Origin: Candidatus Zipacnadia bacterium
GTDB taxonomy: Bacteria; Armatimonadota; Zipacnadia; Zipacnadales; UBA5352
Assembly: GCA_029820295.1 (NCBI GenBank)
Contig: JALGVA010000005.1
Span: 1,025 to 65,024, forward strand
DNA length: 64,000 bases
Direction: 5' to 3'
The notes below the pieces were generated by a model, which was given only the letters and a program-made list of their open reading frames with translations, did no database searches and was not told where the DNA came from. The translations under genes were made by a program, and so were the position numbers. Positions 54,601 to 64,000 of this stretch are shown here, piece by piece. Position 1 is the stretch's first letter, and each line of letters begins with the position of its first letter.

Positions 54601-57600
54601 GGAACAGCTTGGCGGAGGTGATGTGCGAGACCGCGTTCATGGTCCCGGTCTCATCCACGCGCACATTGGTGACGGTCGCCTTGTCCTGATCGACCTCGAG
54701 GTCCAGCGACAGGATCGGCACGTCGGTGTCGCCGGGGTTGATGGCCTCGGGCGAGATCTCCGCGGGCACCACGTCCACCGGCGCGCGCGAGATCGGCGTC
54801 ACCGTGATGGTATCGGGCGCCTCCTCGATGTCCACCAGCGCGGAGTTGATCGGGAAGCGGTAGGGGCCCAGGCCGTCGTTGGTGTCGCTGATGACCTGGC
54901 GGGCACGGCGCTGCACCGCGCCCGGGATCTCGGGCCGGATGTAGTCGAAGGTGGCCATGCCCGCGCCCAGCGACACGCCCTCGGACGAGTCGGCGCTGGA
55001 GCTGACATCGTAGGTCACGAACAGGTTGCGCACCTCGTCCAGCGGGATGCGGTAGTTGAGGTTGGTGAAGTACGCGGTCTGGTTCTGGAAGACCGAGGTG
55101 GCGATGCGCGTGTCCACATCCGGATCGAACACGCCGTCGAGGTCGGTGTCGTCGAACAGCGACACGCGATCGACGTCGGCGTCGTTCTGCGACGAGCCGT
55201 TCTCGTCGATGCGCACCGTGGCCAGCTCGACGTCGCCGCGCGAGAGGTTGGGCGAGGTGCTGTCATTGTCGAGCCGCAGGTTCATCACCCAGAAGTCCTT
55301 CGTGCCCTGCAGCACCGTGGGCGGCTGGCCGGCGATCGGCACCAGGCTGGCGATCACTTCACGCGGCACCACATACAGGTCCGCGTGCATGATGCCCGCC
55401 GGGTCGGAGATGTTGGCCACGCGCGCGAAGCTGTCGGTGCTCGAGCCCGGCTGCAGCACACCCGGGGGCGGGTCGGGCGGCAGCTCGGTCGCGGGCCGCA
55501 TCTGGTTCACGCCGATGCCCGACAGCCAGCCATGGCTGTAGCTGTCGGGGTTGGTGAACTGGGTCCACTCGCGCACACCCAGCGAGCCCGGGAACGGGTC
55601 GCTCTCGAGGTCGCCCCACTGCCCGTCGGGGTTGGACTCAAGCTCGAAGAGCCCGTCCGCCTGCTCGACGATCACCAGCGGATGGGTCTCGTCCCGCTGG
55701 CTGAAGCGCGTGTCCACGTGGTAGATGTAGAGCCCGCGCGGCGAGATGTCGTTGAAGTAGTTCGCCCCGGTGCGGTTGCGGTTCTCCACCAGGAAGAACT
55801 CCTGCCACTGGTTGGGAGGGACGTTGTTCGCGATGTAGAAGGGCCGGCCGGGAAGCTTGTAGACCACCGGGTCCTCGAGCGTGCCCTCGATCTCCGGCAC
55901 CGGCGCGTTGATGATGTCCTCAGTGACCACCACCGGGTTGACCCAGCCCACCAGGGTCTTGAGGAAGGCATCCACGCGCCGCCCGCCGTGAGCCATCACG
56001 CTGTAGGGGCCCATCATCGAGCACTCGAACAGCGGCGGCGCCGCGCCCCGGGCGTTGGCGTAGAAGTCCACGTCGTAAAGGTCAGGGAAGCCGTTCAAGG
56101 CGTGGCCCAGCTCGTGCGCGGCCAGGTACAGCCCCGCGTCGGAGGGCAGCACCACCGCTGAGTTGGGGATGAACACGTGCGCGCCGCTCCACGGTCCGCT
56201 GGTGCCACCGGTGTCCTGCGCCCCGGCCGCGTCGGACGGATAGAGGTGGATGGTGCAACTGTAGCCCGCCCCCACGATGCCGTTGTCGGCCATGACCTGG
56301 CCCAGGTGCCCGAGCCACACGCCGTAGGTGTGCCCGCCGTTGGACCCGGGGCCCTCGAAGTAGCCCATGTTGGGCTGGGCGTGGTCCTGGGTGTCGTGGT
56401 CATAGGGCTTGGGGCGGTCATAGTGCCAATCGGGGTTGTCCTCGGTGCCGGCGATGTCGTCCACGTTGCCCACGCTGTTCTCTAGGTGGGCGAGCTGGTA
56501 GGGCCGTTCGCCCATGTCGCCGTTGGTCACCGCATGGTCGTGGGTGTAGTAGCACATCGACAGCAGGCGGTTGCCCGGCGCGCTGCCCATGAGGTCGGCG
56601 GAGGTCAGCAGCGTATTGGACAACGCGAAGCCCCGGTCCATCCGGGAGGTGATGTTGACCCACCCGCCGCCGATGAACACCCGGATGCCGTCGTCATCGT
56701 CGAAGCTGTCGGTCTCCACCACGTAGCGGTGGCCCGGCGGCGTGGCCCGCAGGTTGATGTCGAGAGGGTCCCAGCCGGAGCCGTCGTTGTCGGTGTCGCG
56801 CTGCACCGCCACGATCGGAATCCTGCTGCTCCAGCCGATGGTGGCGATGGTGTCGTTGCCGCTGTCCATGGACAGCCCGCGCAGGCCGGGCACGCCGAGA
56901 TAGTCGGAGCCGGTGTCCTGACGGATCACGGGCGTGCCCGGCTGCACGGCGTAGTCGTAGCCGGGGCCGCCCAGATAGGGAACGCGGTCCAGGATGTGGT
57001 GGCTCTCCAGCGGCCCGACGATGTCGCTGCGGTTGCCTTCGATCGACAGGTTGCCGTGTGAGTTGGCGAAGTAGTAGTTGGCCACGCTCAGCGGGTTGTT
57101 GAGGTCGAACAAGAAGGTGTACCAGCGCTCCTGCAGGTCCACCGAGGTGCCGGGCCGGCCATCAACGGTGTACTCGATGCGCGGGTGATTGCTCACCGAC
57201 GCGTTCGTCCCGGAGCCCGGAATTCCGGTAGCGTTCCACGCCGGATTGGAGAGGCCGTCGGGCAGATAGTCGGTGTCGTTGAGTGGCCCGCCGGGATTGT
57301 GCCAGTTCTCGGATTCGGAGAACGGGTGCTCGCGGGCGCCGCCGTCATCGTAGGTGCTCCGTGATGGCGACACGTCGTTCCAGTGGGGGAAGTTGTTCAG
57401 AACCACAAGGATGCGCACGCGCCGCACCGCCTGCGGCCGCATCTGGGGCTCGCCGGGGGCGCGGTTGTTGTTGAGCAGCATGTCCCGCTGCTCGGGCGTG
57501 ATCTCCTGCACGAACCAGCCGCGGTCGGCCGCCTCGCGCATGTTCTCCAGCAGATGCTGGCGCTCGTCCGGCGGCGCGTTCTGGAGGATCTCCTTCAGCC

Positions 57601-57955
57601 GGGCGTAGAACAGCCGCGACGGCGCGGCGCACAGCACTCCGGAACCGTCGTAGGTGACGGCGCAATCCGGATCGGCCGCATTACCGTCCACCGACACGAA
57701 GTCCAGGACCGCGCCTTCAGGCAGCTCGACGTGGTCGATAATGCGGTCGCCATGCATCTGCTCGTACTGATGCATGACCGTAAGCGCGTGTTCGCGCGAG
57801 AGCCCGAACTTGTGCTGAACGAAGTCGCGAGCCAAGGCACGATAGTCCCCGATCTCGATCGTCACCGCGGCCTGCGCGGCGGAGACGAAAAGGCCAAGGA
57901 GGATGATCGCGCACATGGGGAGTACCGCGAATCGGGTCGCCACCGTAATACGCAT
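51617..57955 (-). CDS. Giant secreted multidomain protease: M6 (immune inhibitor A-like) zinc metallopeptidase head, then Fn3/Ig-like domains, then three CarboxypepD_reg domains, then a beta-sandwich, then a FlgD-Ig/T9SS-type C-terminal domain (2112 aa from M17)
   Basis: Start at M17 (MRITVATRFAVLPMCAIILLGLFVSAAQAA signal) with a GAGAGGTGG RBS 9 nt upstream. Zincin HEXXH plus Asp (LYLAAHELGHALNGFPDLYD), as in the M6 HEXXHxxGxxD motif. The C-terminal ~800 aa are paralogous to the neighbouring giant gene, including VSVEVLNIAGRSVATL...W.GRS..G.....G.YLVYISA. Confidence 0.85.
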   Translation of the reverse strand: MRITVATRFAVLPMCAIILLGLFVSAAQAAVTIEIGDYRALARDFVQHKFGLSREHALTVMHQYEQMHGDRIIDHVELPEGAVLDFVSVDGNAADPDCAVTYDGSGVLCAAPSRLFYARLKEILQNAPPDERQHLLENMREAADRGWFVQEITPEQRDMLLNNNRAPGEPQMRPQAVRRVRILVVLNNFPHWNDVSPSRSTYDDGGAREHPFSESENWHNPGGPLNDTDYLPDGLSNPAWNATGIPGSGTNASVSNHPRIEYTVDGRPGTSVDLQERWYTFLFDLNNPLSVANYYFANSHGNLSIEGNRSDIVGPLESHHILDRVPYLGGPGYDYAVQPGTPVIRQDTGSDYLGVPGLRGLSMDSGNDTIATIGWSSRIPIVAVQRDTDNDGSGWDPLDINLRATPPGHRYVVETDSFDDDDGIRVFIGGGWVNITSRMDRGFALSNTLLTSADLMGSAPGNRLLSMCYYTHDHAVTNGDMGERPYQLAHLENSVGNVDDIAGTEDNPDWHYDRPKPYDHDTQDHAQPNMGYFEGPGSNGGHTYGVWLGHLGQVMADNGIVGAGYSCTIHLYPSDAAGAQDTGGTSGPWSGAHVFIPNSAVVLPSDAGLYLAAHELGHALNGFPDLYDVDFYANARGAAPPLFECSMMGPYSVMAHGGRRVDAFLKTLVGWVNPVVVTEDIINAPVPEIEGTLEDPVVYKLPGRPFYIANNVPPNQWQEFFLVENRNRTGANYFNDISPRGLYIYHVDTRFSQRDETHPLVIVEQADGLFELESNPDGQWGDLESDPFPGSLGVREWTQFTNPDSYSHGWLSGIGVNQMRPATELPPDPPPGVLQPGSSTDSFARVANISDPAGIMHADLYVVPREVIASLVPIAGQPPTVLQGTKDFWVMNLRLDNDSTSPNLSRGDVELATVRIDENGSSQNDADVDRVSLFDDTDLDGVFDPDVDTRIATSVFQNQTAYFTNLNYRIPLDEVRNLFVTYDVSSSADSSEGVSLGAGMATFDYIRPEIPGAVQRRARQVISDTNDGLGPYRFPINSALVDIEEAPDTITVTPISRAPVDVVPAEISPEAINPGDTDVPILSLDLEVDQDKATVTNVRVDETGTMNAVSHITSAKLFLDLDHDGEVDPSDTLLEETTFANVAGVERATFDIEATPVIVTEGAVQSLLLTASLSPALPLVEPPLTLIYSLADPSYISLLQPEDIVAPDNFPIASDEVSTPIPNDPPPAPQNLTAAQLADGSIGLDWELSADDPSVGGEADVTEYHIYRNTDPAQLVNAQPADMYASVPAGTTAFNDANAPLGVDLFYMVRAYDGVQEGPNSNIAGPVQSADLLPPTFSNFDPAPDQEDVPRDTDIAFTISDNASGIDQATLIFEVDGVDVADDPNTTITGSAQQLNVVYDPPDDYDFLDRVQVRLQVADNAGNVAPAVGQFESYDFVIVGPPVFSIAGRVTDTNGQGVEGVRVTAGQLFDFTDAQGQYEITGLAAGNYSVVPSMDGRSFEPETRSVTVGPNAVGINFTARLGYDISGVVQTAAGDPVSGATVSDGQHVALSGADGTWAIENVAAGDYTLTAQLSGYVFTPPTIDVTVNLHNGDATGLVFTAALETFDVAGVIRTSGGDRLAGIRVAALQSGVEVGAGTSSANGAYSITGLVPGSYTIRPDDPDYEFEPTQRVVDVATDVSNVDFVAARLYNMTLPQGLAFVAVPVTPVDADVQNAFGADVEVARWDPQNSPPYLTAPSADPLMRLAPGRGFWTNSPTQRVVGIAGELFPSTSDLTVALMAGWDMVGNPYDRGLPWTSVNIPNGSPASTFGFIYDRAAGTYRLVSTAAGLGGVTVVPRNAGFWMRAGASTQVTISAPGVAPASAEVARAAATRPEGGWLVPIVARAGGVMDACSVAGVIPQAAGDPAAYSVDNPPAIGPFVDLYFEAAGGRRLATDVRAAAAATEVWSFAVATDMAGVQVELTLPDLSEVPADKSVVLVDEAAGKRVYARTMTSYSYDSGEGGSRRFRLEVTDRQGAGLMITGASAAPAGAGVTVSYTLSAPAQVSVEVLNIAGRSVATLGGDLAPAGVSTVSWNGRSAQGTICPPGRYLVYISARAEDGQQVQAVVPAQLDR

Positions 57956-58096
57956 CGTACTAGGCCACCTCTCGCTGCTGATTTGCCCCGCAACCGCCGA
58001 CACACAGTCATGCGTCCGGCGTTCACGCGCGGCGCGCGATCGACGAGACGAAGGGACCCTCGTGCCGGCCCCTTACGGGCCAGCCTGTCTGCGGCC

Positions 58097-58125
58097 ATTC
58101 TACGAAAACGCTATGGCCGTGTCAA
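58097..58125 (-). promoter_or_regulatory. Near-consensus sigma70 promoter (minus strand) TTGACA-17-TAGAAT, ~140 nt upstream of the M6 giant gene
   Basis: The reverse complement reads gtggTTGACAcggccatagcgttttcgTAGAATggcc. The -35 hexamer is perfect, the spacer is 17 nt, and the -10 matches 5 of 6. Confidence 0.6.
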
Positions 58126-58178
58126 CCACGCCGCCCAGGCCCCCACATGCCCCCCCGTGCCGTCTGATCGCCGCCAGG

Positions 58179-58685
58179 TCACCGCCCGGTCAGGTAGACG
58201 CCCTCATGCGCCAGCAGCCGACGCTTCATCTCCAGCCCCGAACCAAAGCCCACCAGGCTGCCGTCGGCCCCGATCACACGATGGCAGGGAACTACTACCG
58301 GCAGCGGGTTCCGCCCCAACGCCTGGCCCACCGCCCGCGCCGCCCCCGGCCGGCCCACCGCCGCCGCCAGCTCCCCGTAGGTGGCCGTCCGGCCCCACGG
58401 GATGCGCCCACAGGCGGCCAGCACGGCCCGGCCGAACTCCCCCACCCCCCGCAGGTCCAGCGGCACCCCGAAAGGTGTCGGCTGACCCGCAAAGTGCGCC
58501 GCGAGCAGCGCCGACACCTCCTTCAGCAGCGGATCGTCGGCCGCCGCATCCCCCGTTGCGTGCACCGCCGCCGCCGCCTCAGCCCGAGTCGCCACCGGTA
58601 GTGACACGCGCGTCAGCCCGTGTCCGCTGCGGCTCAGGCCGCACCAGCCCCACGCAACGCGCGTTACCTGCCACCGATCGCCCAT
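58179..58685 (-). CDS. ogt: Methylated-DNA--protein-cysteine methyltransferase (Ogt/MGMT)
   Basis: Active-site PCHRV (VVPCHRVIGADGSLVGFG) and HTH region. Start at internal M30. The upstream codons are G/T-rich low complexity. Confidence 0.8.
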   Translation of the reverse strand: MGDRWQVTRVAWGWCGLSRSGHGLTRVSLPVATRAEAAAAVHATGDAAADDPLLKEVSALLAAHFAGQPTPFGVPLDLRGVGEFGRAVLAACGRIPWGRTATYGELAAAVGRPGAARAVGQALGRNPLPVVVPCHRVIGADGSLVGFGSGLEMKRRLLAHEGVYLTGR

Positions 58686-58833
58686 GCCTGTCCGGCCAGC
58701 TCCTCCACTATTGGTCGTAGTATGCCCGACTCCTTCGCGCCCGCCGTTAAGTTTTGGTGACGCGGCCCACACCTGCGAGGGCCCCGACGGCGCCGTCGAG
58801 GCCCTCTGATCGAGTCCGTGCCGCGCACCCGCA

Positions 58834-60429
58834 CTAGCGCTTCTCGATGTCCACCGCGATGAGCATCGCGTCGCCGTCGATAACGCGGTAGAGATGCAGC
58901 ACTACGAAGTCCTGGTCGGCGGCCATGGCCGCGTTCATCTGCTCGCGGTACTGCTCGACGTTGGCGACGTCGTGCCCGTTGACCTTCACGATGAGGTCGC
59001 CGGGCGCCACCCTCTCCGCCGCCGCGGTGCCGGGCCTGACGCTCTCGATCACCACGCCGTCAGTCTCGTCCAGGCCGACGATGCGCCCCTGCTCGGCCTC
59101 GATGCCCAGCCGTTCACCGACCTCAGGCGTGAGGTCGCCCAATGCGATCACCGCGATGCCCATCGGCCAGTCCTCAGCCGCGGGCGCGGGTGCTTCCTCC
59201 TCCTCCGGCAGGCCTGCGTATTTCGGTGGCATCTGCCCCAGCGTGACCTCGATCTGCCGCTCCGTCTTGTTGCGCATCACCGTCAGCGTGACCGTCTCCC
59301 CCGGCGGGCTGTCGGCGATCGCGCGCTGCAGATCCCAGGTATCACGGACCGGCTCACCGTTCACGGCGATGACGACGTCATCGACCTGCAGGTCGCTGTC
59401 GGCCGCCGGCCCGTCGGGCTCGATGCCGCCGATGTACACGCCGTAGTCCACGCCGTAGAACTCCTCGAGGTTCTCGGTGAGATCCCTGATGCGCACGCCC
59501 AACCAGCCGCGCGCGATCGGCTTGCCCTCGATCAGGCGTGGGACGATGTCGCGGGCGGTCTCGGACGGGATGGCGAAGCCGATGCCGATGTTGCCGCTGG
59601 GCATGGGCGCGGCATAGGCCACGTTGATACCCACCACCTCACCGCGCAGGTTCACCAGCGGTCCGCCCGAGTTGCCCGGGTTGATCGAGGCGTCGGTCTG
59701 GATGATGTCACCCAGGCGCATGTTAGGCGCGCTCGGGTCAGGCTCGATCAGCCGGCCCTTGGCGCTGACCACGCCCACGGTCACGGTCTGCTCCAGCTCG
59801 AAGGGCGCCCCCACCGCCATGACCCACGACGCGATCTTGAGGCTCTCGGAGTCGCCGAGCTGCAGGAAGGGCAACTCGCGCCCGGCGTCGATCTTGAGCA
59901 CCGCCAGGTCGGTCTTGGGGTCGGTGCCCACCACCGTAGCCGGGTACTCCCGGTCATCGTGGTCGCGGTCGTGCAGCACCACGGTGACCCTGGTGGCCTC
60001 CTGCACTACGTGCGCGTTCGTGACGATGTAGCCGTCCGCGCTGTAGATCCATCCCGAGCCCAGGCCCTGGCGGCGGAAGCGCGGCACCTGCCCGCCGCCC
60101 ACACCTGGGCCGCCCTCCTCGTCGGGCATGTTGAACCACGGGAACTGGCGGAAGAACTCCCGGAAGCGCTCCGGGAGGTCCTCCATGTCCGGCAGCGGCC
60201 CGCCGCCGGCCGTAGTCTCGATGTTGATGCGCACCACCGCCGGCAGCACCTGCTCCGCCACGCGCGTGAACTCGGTCTCGAGGTCACCGGCGCTTTGCGC
60301 CAGCGCCGGCGTGGTGGCCTGCTCGGGCAGCCGGCACGCCACCGTCGCCACCAGAAGCCCGATGCACACCCCGAGCAGGATGATGATCGTGTGTGCGTGC
60401 CGATGTGAGTTGCGTTCACGGTCCAGCAT
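58834..60429 (-). CDS. htrA: HtrA/DegP/DegQ family periplasmic serine endoprotease (trypsin-like domain plus two PDZ domains)
   Basis: Catalytic His (TNAHVV), Asp (DLAVLKI) and Ser (GNSGGPLVN). Two PDZ-like regions. N-terminal TM/signal. Confidence 0.9.
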   Translation of the reverse strand: MLDRERNSHRHAHTIIILLGVCIGLLVATVACRLPEQATTPALAQSAGDLETEFTRVAEQVLPAVVRINIETTAGGGPLPDMEDLPERFREFFRQFPWFNMPDEEGGPGVGGGQVPRFRRQGLGSGWIYSADGYIVTNAHVVQEATRVTVVLHDRDHDDREYPATVVGTDPKTDLAVLKIDAGRELPFLQLGDSESLKIASWVMAVGAPFELEQTVTVGVVSAKGRLIEPDPSAPNMRLGDIIQTDASINPGNSGGPLVNLRGEVVGINVAYAAPMPSGNIGIGFAIPSETARDIVPRLIEGKPIARGWLGVRIRDLTENLEEFYGVDYGVYIGGIEPDGPAADSDLQVDDVVIAVNGEPVRDTWDLQRAIADSPPGETVTLTVMRNKTERQIEVTLGQMPPKYAGLPEEEEAPAPAAEDWPMGIAVIALGDLTPEVGERLGIEAEQGRIVGLDETDGVVIESVRPGTAAAERVAPGDLIVKVNGHDVANVEQYREQMNAAMAADQDFVVLHLYRVIDGDAMLIAVDIEKR

Positions 60430-60515
60430 GGGTCTCCGCCTCCATGTCCAGGGTTGCGCCGGCCAACCCTCCCCTCAGACGCCGCCGCATGTCACGGTGC
60501 TCGGTCGGGCACCGG

Positions 60516-60839
60516 CTACGCCAGCCCGTCGAGCTTGCCCTTCAGCACTGCCTCGGACTGCACACCCACGAGCTGATCAACCACCTCGCCGTCCTTGAAG
60601 AACAGCAGGGAGGGGATGCTGCGAATGCCGTACTTGCTCGCCAGGCCGGGCGCGTCGTCCACGTTCAACTTGGCGATCTTGGCCCTGCCGTCGTAGTCGC
60701 CCGCCAGCTTCTCGAGCGTCGGCCCCATCATCAGGCACGGCGCGCACCACGGCGCCCAGAAGTCGACCAGCACCGGCACCTCCGATTGCAGGATCTCGCT
60801 CTCGAAGTTGTCGTCGTTCACGTGCAGCGCATCCGCCAT
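60516..60839 (-). CDS. trxA: Thioredoxin (WCAPC variant of the WCGPC active site)
   Basis: MADALHVNDDNFESEILQSEVPVLVDFWAPWCAPCLMMGP... is a canonical Trx fold. A strong AAGGAGAGAG RBS lies 5-8 nt upstream of the ATG. 107 aa. Confidence 0.85.
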   Translation of the reverse strand: MADALHVNDDNFESEILQSEVPVLVDFWAPWCAPCLMMGPTLEKLAGDYDGRAKIAKLNVDDAPGLASKYGIRSIPSLLFFKDGEVVDQLVGVQSEAVLKGKLDGLA

Positions 60840-61265
60840 GCTATCTCTCTCCTTGATCGTCTGAGTGTGCACCCGCGCGTCGCGCGCATCCCGGCGCACG
60901 ACGGTCAGCAGCCAGAACGCCGCCGCGCCGACCGCCAGCCCCGCCAGGTCGGTGGCGAAGTCGCTCAGCGACGCAGTCCGATGCGGCAGCGGCGCCTGGT
61001 GCAGCTCGTCCAGCGCGGCGTACAGCCCGCCCACGGCCATGGTCATCACGGCCGCCCGGCGACACGGCAGCCCTTCGCACGAGCGGTACGCCCGCATCAG
61101 CAGCAGGCCCAGCAGCCCGTAGGCGAGCAGATGCGCGAGTTTGTCGCCCCCCTCGATCTCCGGCCCGGGCGCCCGCGGCAGCGAGGTGCCCACCAGGATC
61201 GCCGTCGCGCACAGCAGCACCGGCAGCCAGTAGACCACGAACCGTCTGGCGTTCACGCCCGGCAT
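60516..61265 (-). CDS. VanZ-like membrane domain ORF (start MPGVNARRF...) that continues in-frame, with no stop codon, into the thioredoxin coding sequence
   Basis: VanZ-like four-TM region (FVVYWLPVLLCATAILVG...GDKLAHLLAYGLLGLLLM...TMAVGGLYAALDELHQAPLPHRTASLSDFATDLAGLAVGAAAFWLL) directly precedes ...IKERDS-MADALHV (Trx) in the same frame. Start is M44 of the 292-aa track ORF. Confidence 0.5.
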   Translation of the reverse strand: MPGVNARRFVVYWLPVLLCATAILVGTSLPRAPGPEIEGGDKLAHLLAYGLLGLLLMRAYRSCEGLPCRRAAVMTMAVGGLYAALDELHQAPLPHRTASLSDFATDLAGLAVGAAAFWLLTVVRRDARDARVHTQTIKERDSMADALHVNDDNFESEILQSEVPVLVDFWAPWCAPCLMMGPTLEKLAGDYDGRAKIAKLNVDDAPGLASKYGIRSIPSLLFFKDGEVVDQLVGVQSEAVLKGKLDGLA

Positions 61266-61317
61266 CCGGCGACCCTTTCCGCTCGTCGGGCGGCGCGCGT
61301 CGTGAGTGACTTCGCCA

Positions 61318-63776
<2,459 letters not shown>

Positions 63777-63800
63777 CGAGCATACCTCCCCTCCGCCCCA

Positions 63801-64000
63801 TCACTGCCCCAGATTCGCGCCCGGCGCCACGATGGTCAACGTGCGCCGGTCGGCGGCGATGCACCGGCCGGAGGCGTCGTAGGCGCGCGCGGCGATCTCG
63901 ACCGGGCCCTCGGGGCAGATGGTCGGGTCGAGCGAATACTGCCACGGCGCGCGGTTGGTCAGCACCAGCACCCGCCCGTTGATCTCGAAGGTCAGGTAGG
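63801..64000 (-). CDS. Partial CDS. The C-terminal ~65 codons of a gene whose start lies beyond the window. Unknown function.
   Basis: The reverse complement of the window end reads ...YLTFEINGRVLVLTNRAPWQYSLDPTICPEGPVEIAARAYDASGRCIAADRRTLTIVAPGANLGQ-stop, with protein-like composition. The frame is open to the window edge. Confidence 0.5.
   Translation of the reverse strand, partial: YLTFEINGRVLVLTNRAPWQYSLDPTICPEGPVEIAARAYDASGRCIAADRRTLTIVAPGANLGQ

Noticed and set aside
53186-56161. 991-aa plus-strand ORF (and 46640..48751 at 703 aa, 49658..50974 at 438 aa) overlapping the giant protease genes
   Set aside because: The translations are Arg/Gly/Val/His/Asp-rich with repetitive low complexity and no recognisable motifs. 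The opposite strand encodes clear C1 and M6 catalytic motifs and repeated Ig/Fn3 domains. These are typical GC-driven antisense ORFs.

Overview
This is a very GC-rich (about 70% GC, GC3 much higher) bacterial chromosomal segment that is densely coding on both strands. Many stop and start codons overlap (ATGA or TGAATG), which suggests translational coupling. I see no rRNA, CRISPR array, transposase or integrase. I assigned the sense strand by recognising conserved protein families. The high GC content produces many long antisense ORFs rich in R, A, G and P, and I rejected these.

Content from left to right:
- A 5'-truncated polysaccharide lyase (PL8-like or heparinase II/III-like).
- A Gfo/Idh/MocA oxidoreductase, convergent with a Tat-signal metallophosphoesterase.
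- An initiator-like tRNA-Met.
- A putative xenobiotic-handling cluster: a DUF362-like protein, a NUDIX hydrolase, two tandem amidohydrolase-2 genes, a flavoprotein, an unusual nitroreductase-receiver-histidine kinase fusion, and a 4-oxalocrotonate tautomerase.
- A UroD-like methyltransferase-family gene.
- An LptF/LptG-like permease followed directly by lptD. Both are outer-membrane LPS transport genes, so the organism is a diderm.
- The conserved infC-rpmI-rplT-(trmH)-pheS-pheT operon, with a T-box-like leader upstream of pheS.
- uvrA followed by an eight-gene surface-glycan cluster: GT2, GT-C, Dpm1-like GT2, O-antigen ligase, two GT4 genes and a TPR protein.
- A tightly packed eight-gene one-carbon/folate operon: folP, a 5-formyl-THF cyclo-ligase, an oligogalacturonate-lyase-like propeller, an HPS/KGPDC-RraA fusion, panE, an AcsE-like methyl-THF methyltransferase, metV and metF.
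- An acetyl-xylan-esterase-like gene, a PQQ-repeat beta-propeller and a small lipoprotein.
- The most striking locus: two tandem giant secreted protease genes of 6.6 kb and 6.3 kb. One carries a papain-like C1 cysteine peptidase head and the other an M6 (InhA-like) zinc metallopeptidase head. Both are mounted on a paralogous stalk of roughly 800 aa (Fn3, Ig-like, three carboxypeptidase-regulatory-like domains) that ends in a FlgD-Ig/T9SS-type C-terminal sorting domain. A near-consensus sigma70 promoter lies upstream.
- ogt, htrA, an in-frame VanZ-thioredoxin arrangement, ligA, a small wHTH-like ORF and a partial gene at the window edge.

Coordinates of internal start codons were derived from the ORF track by codon arithmetic. 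Positions of small motifs may be off by a few nucleotides.
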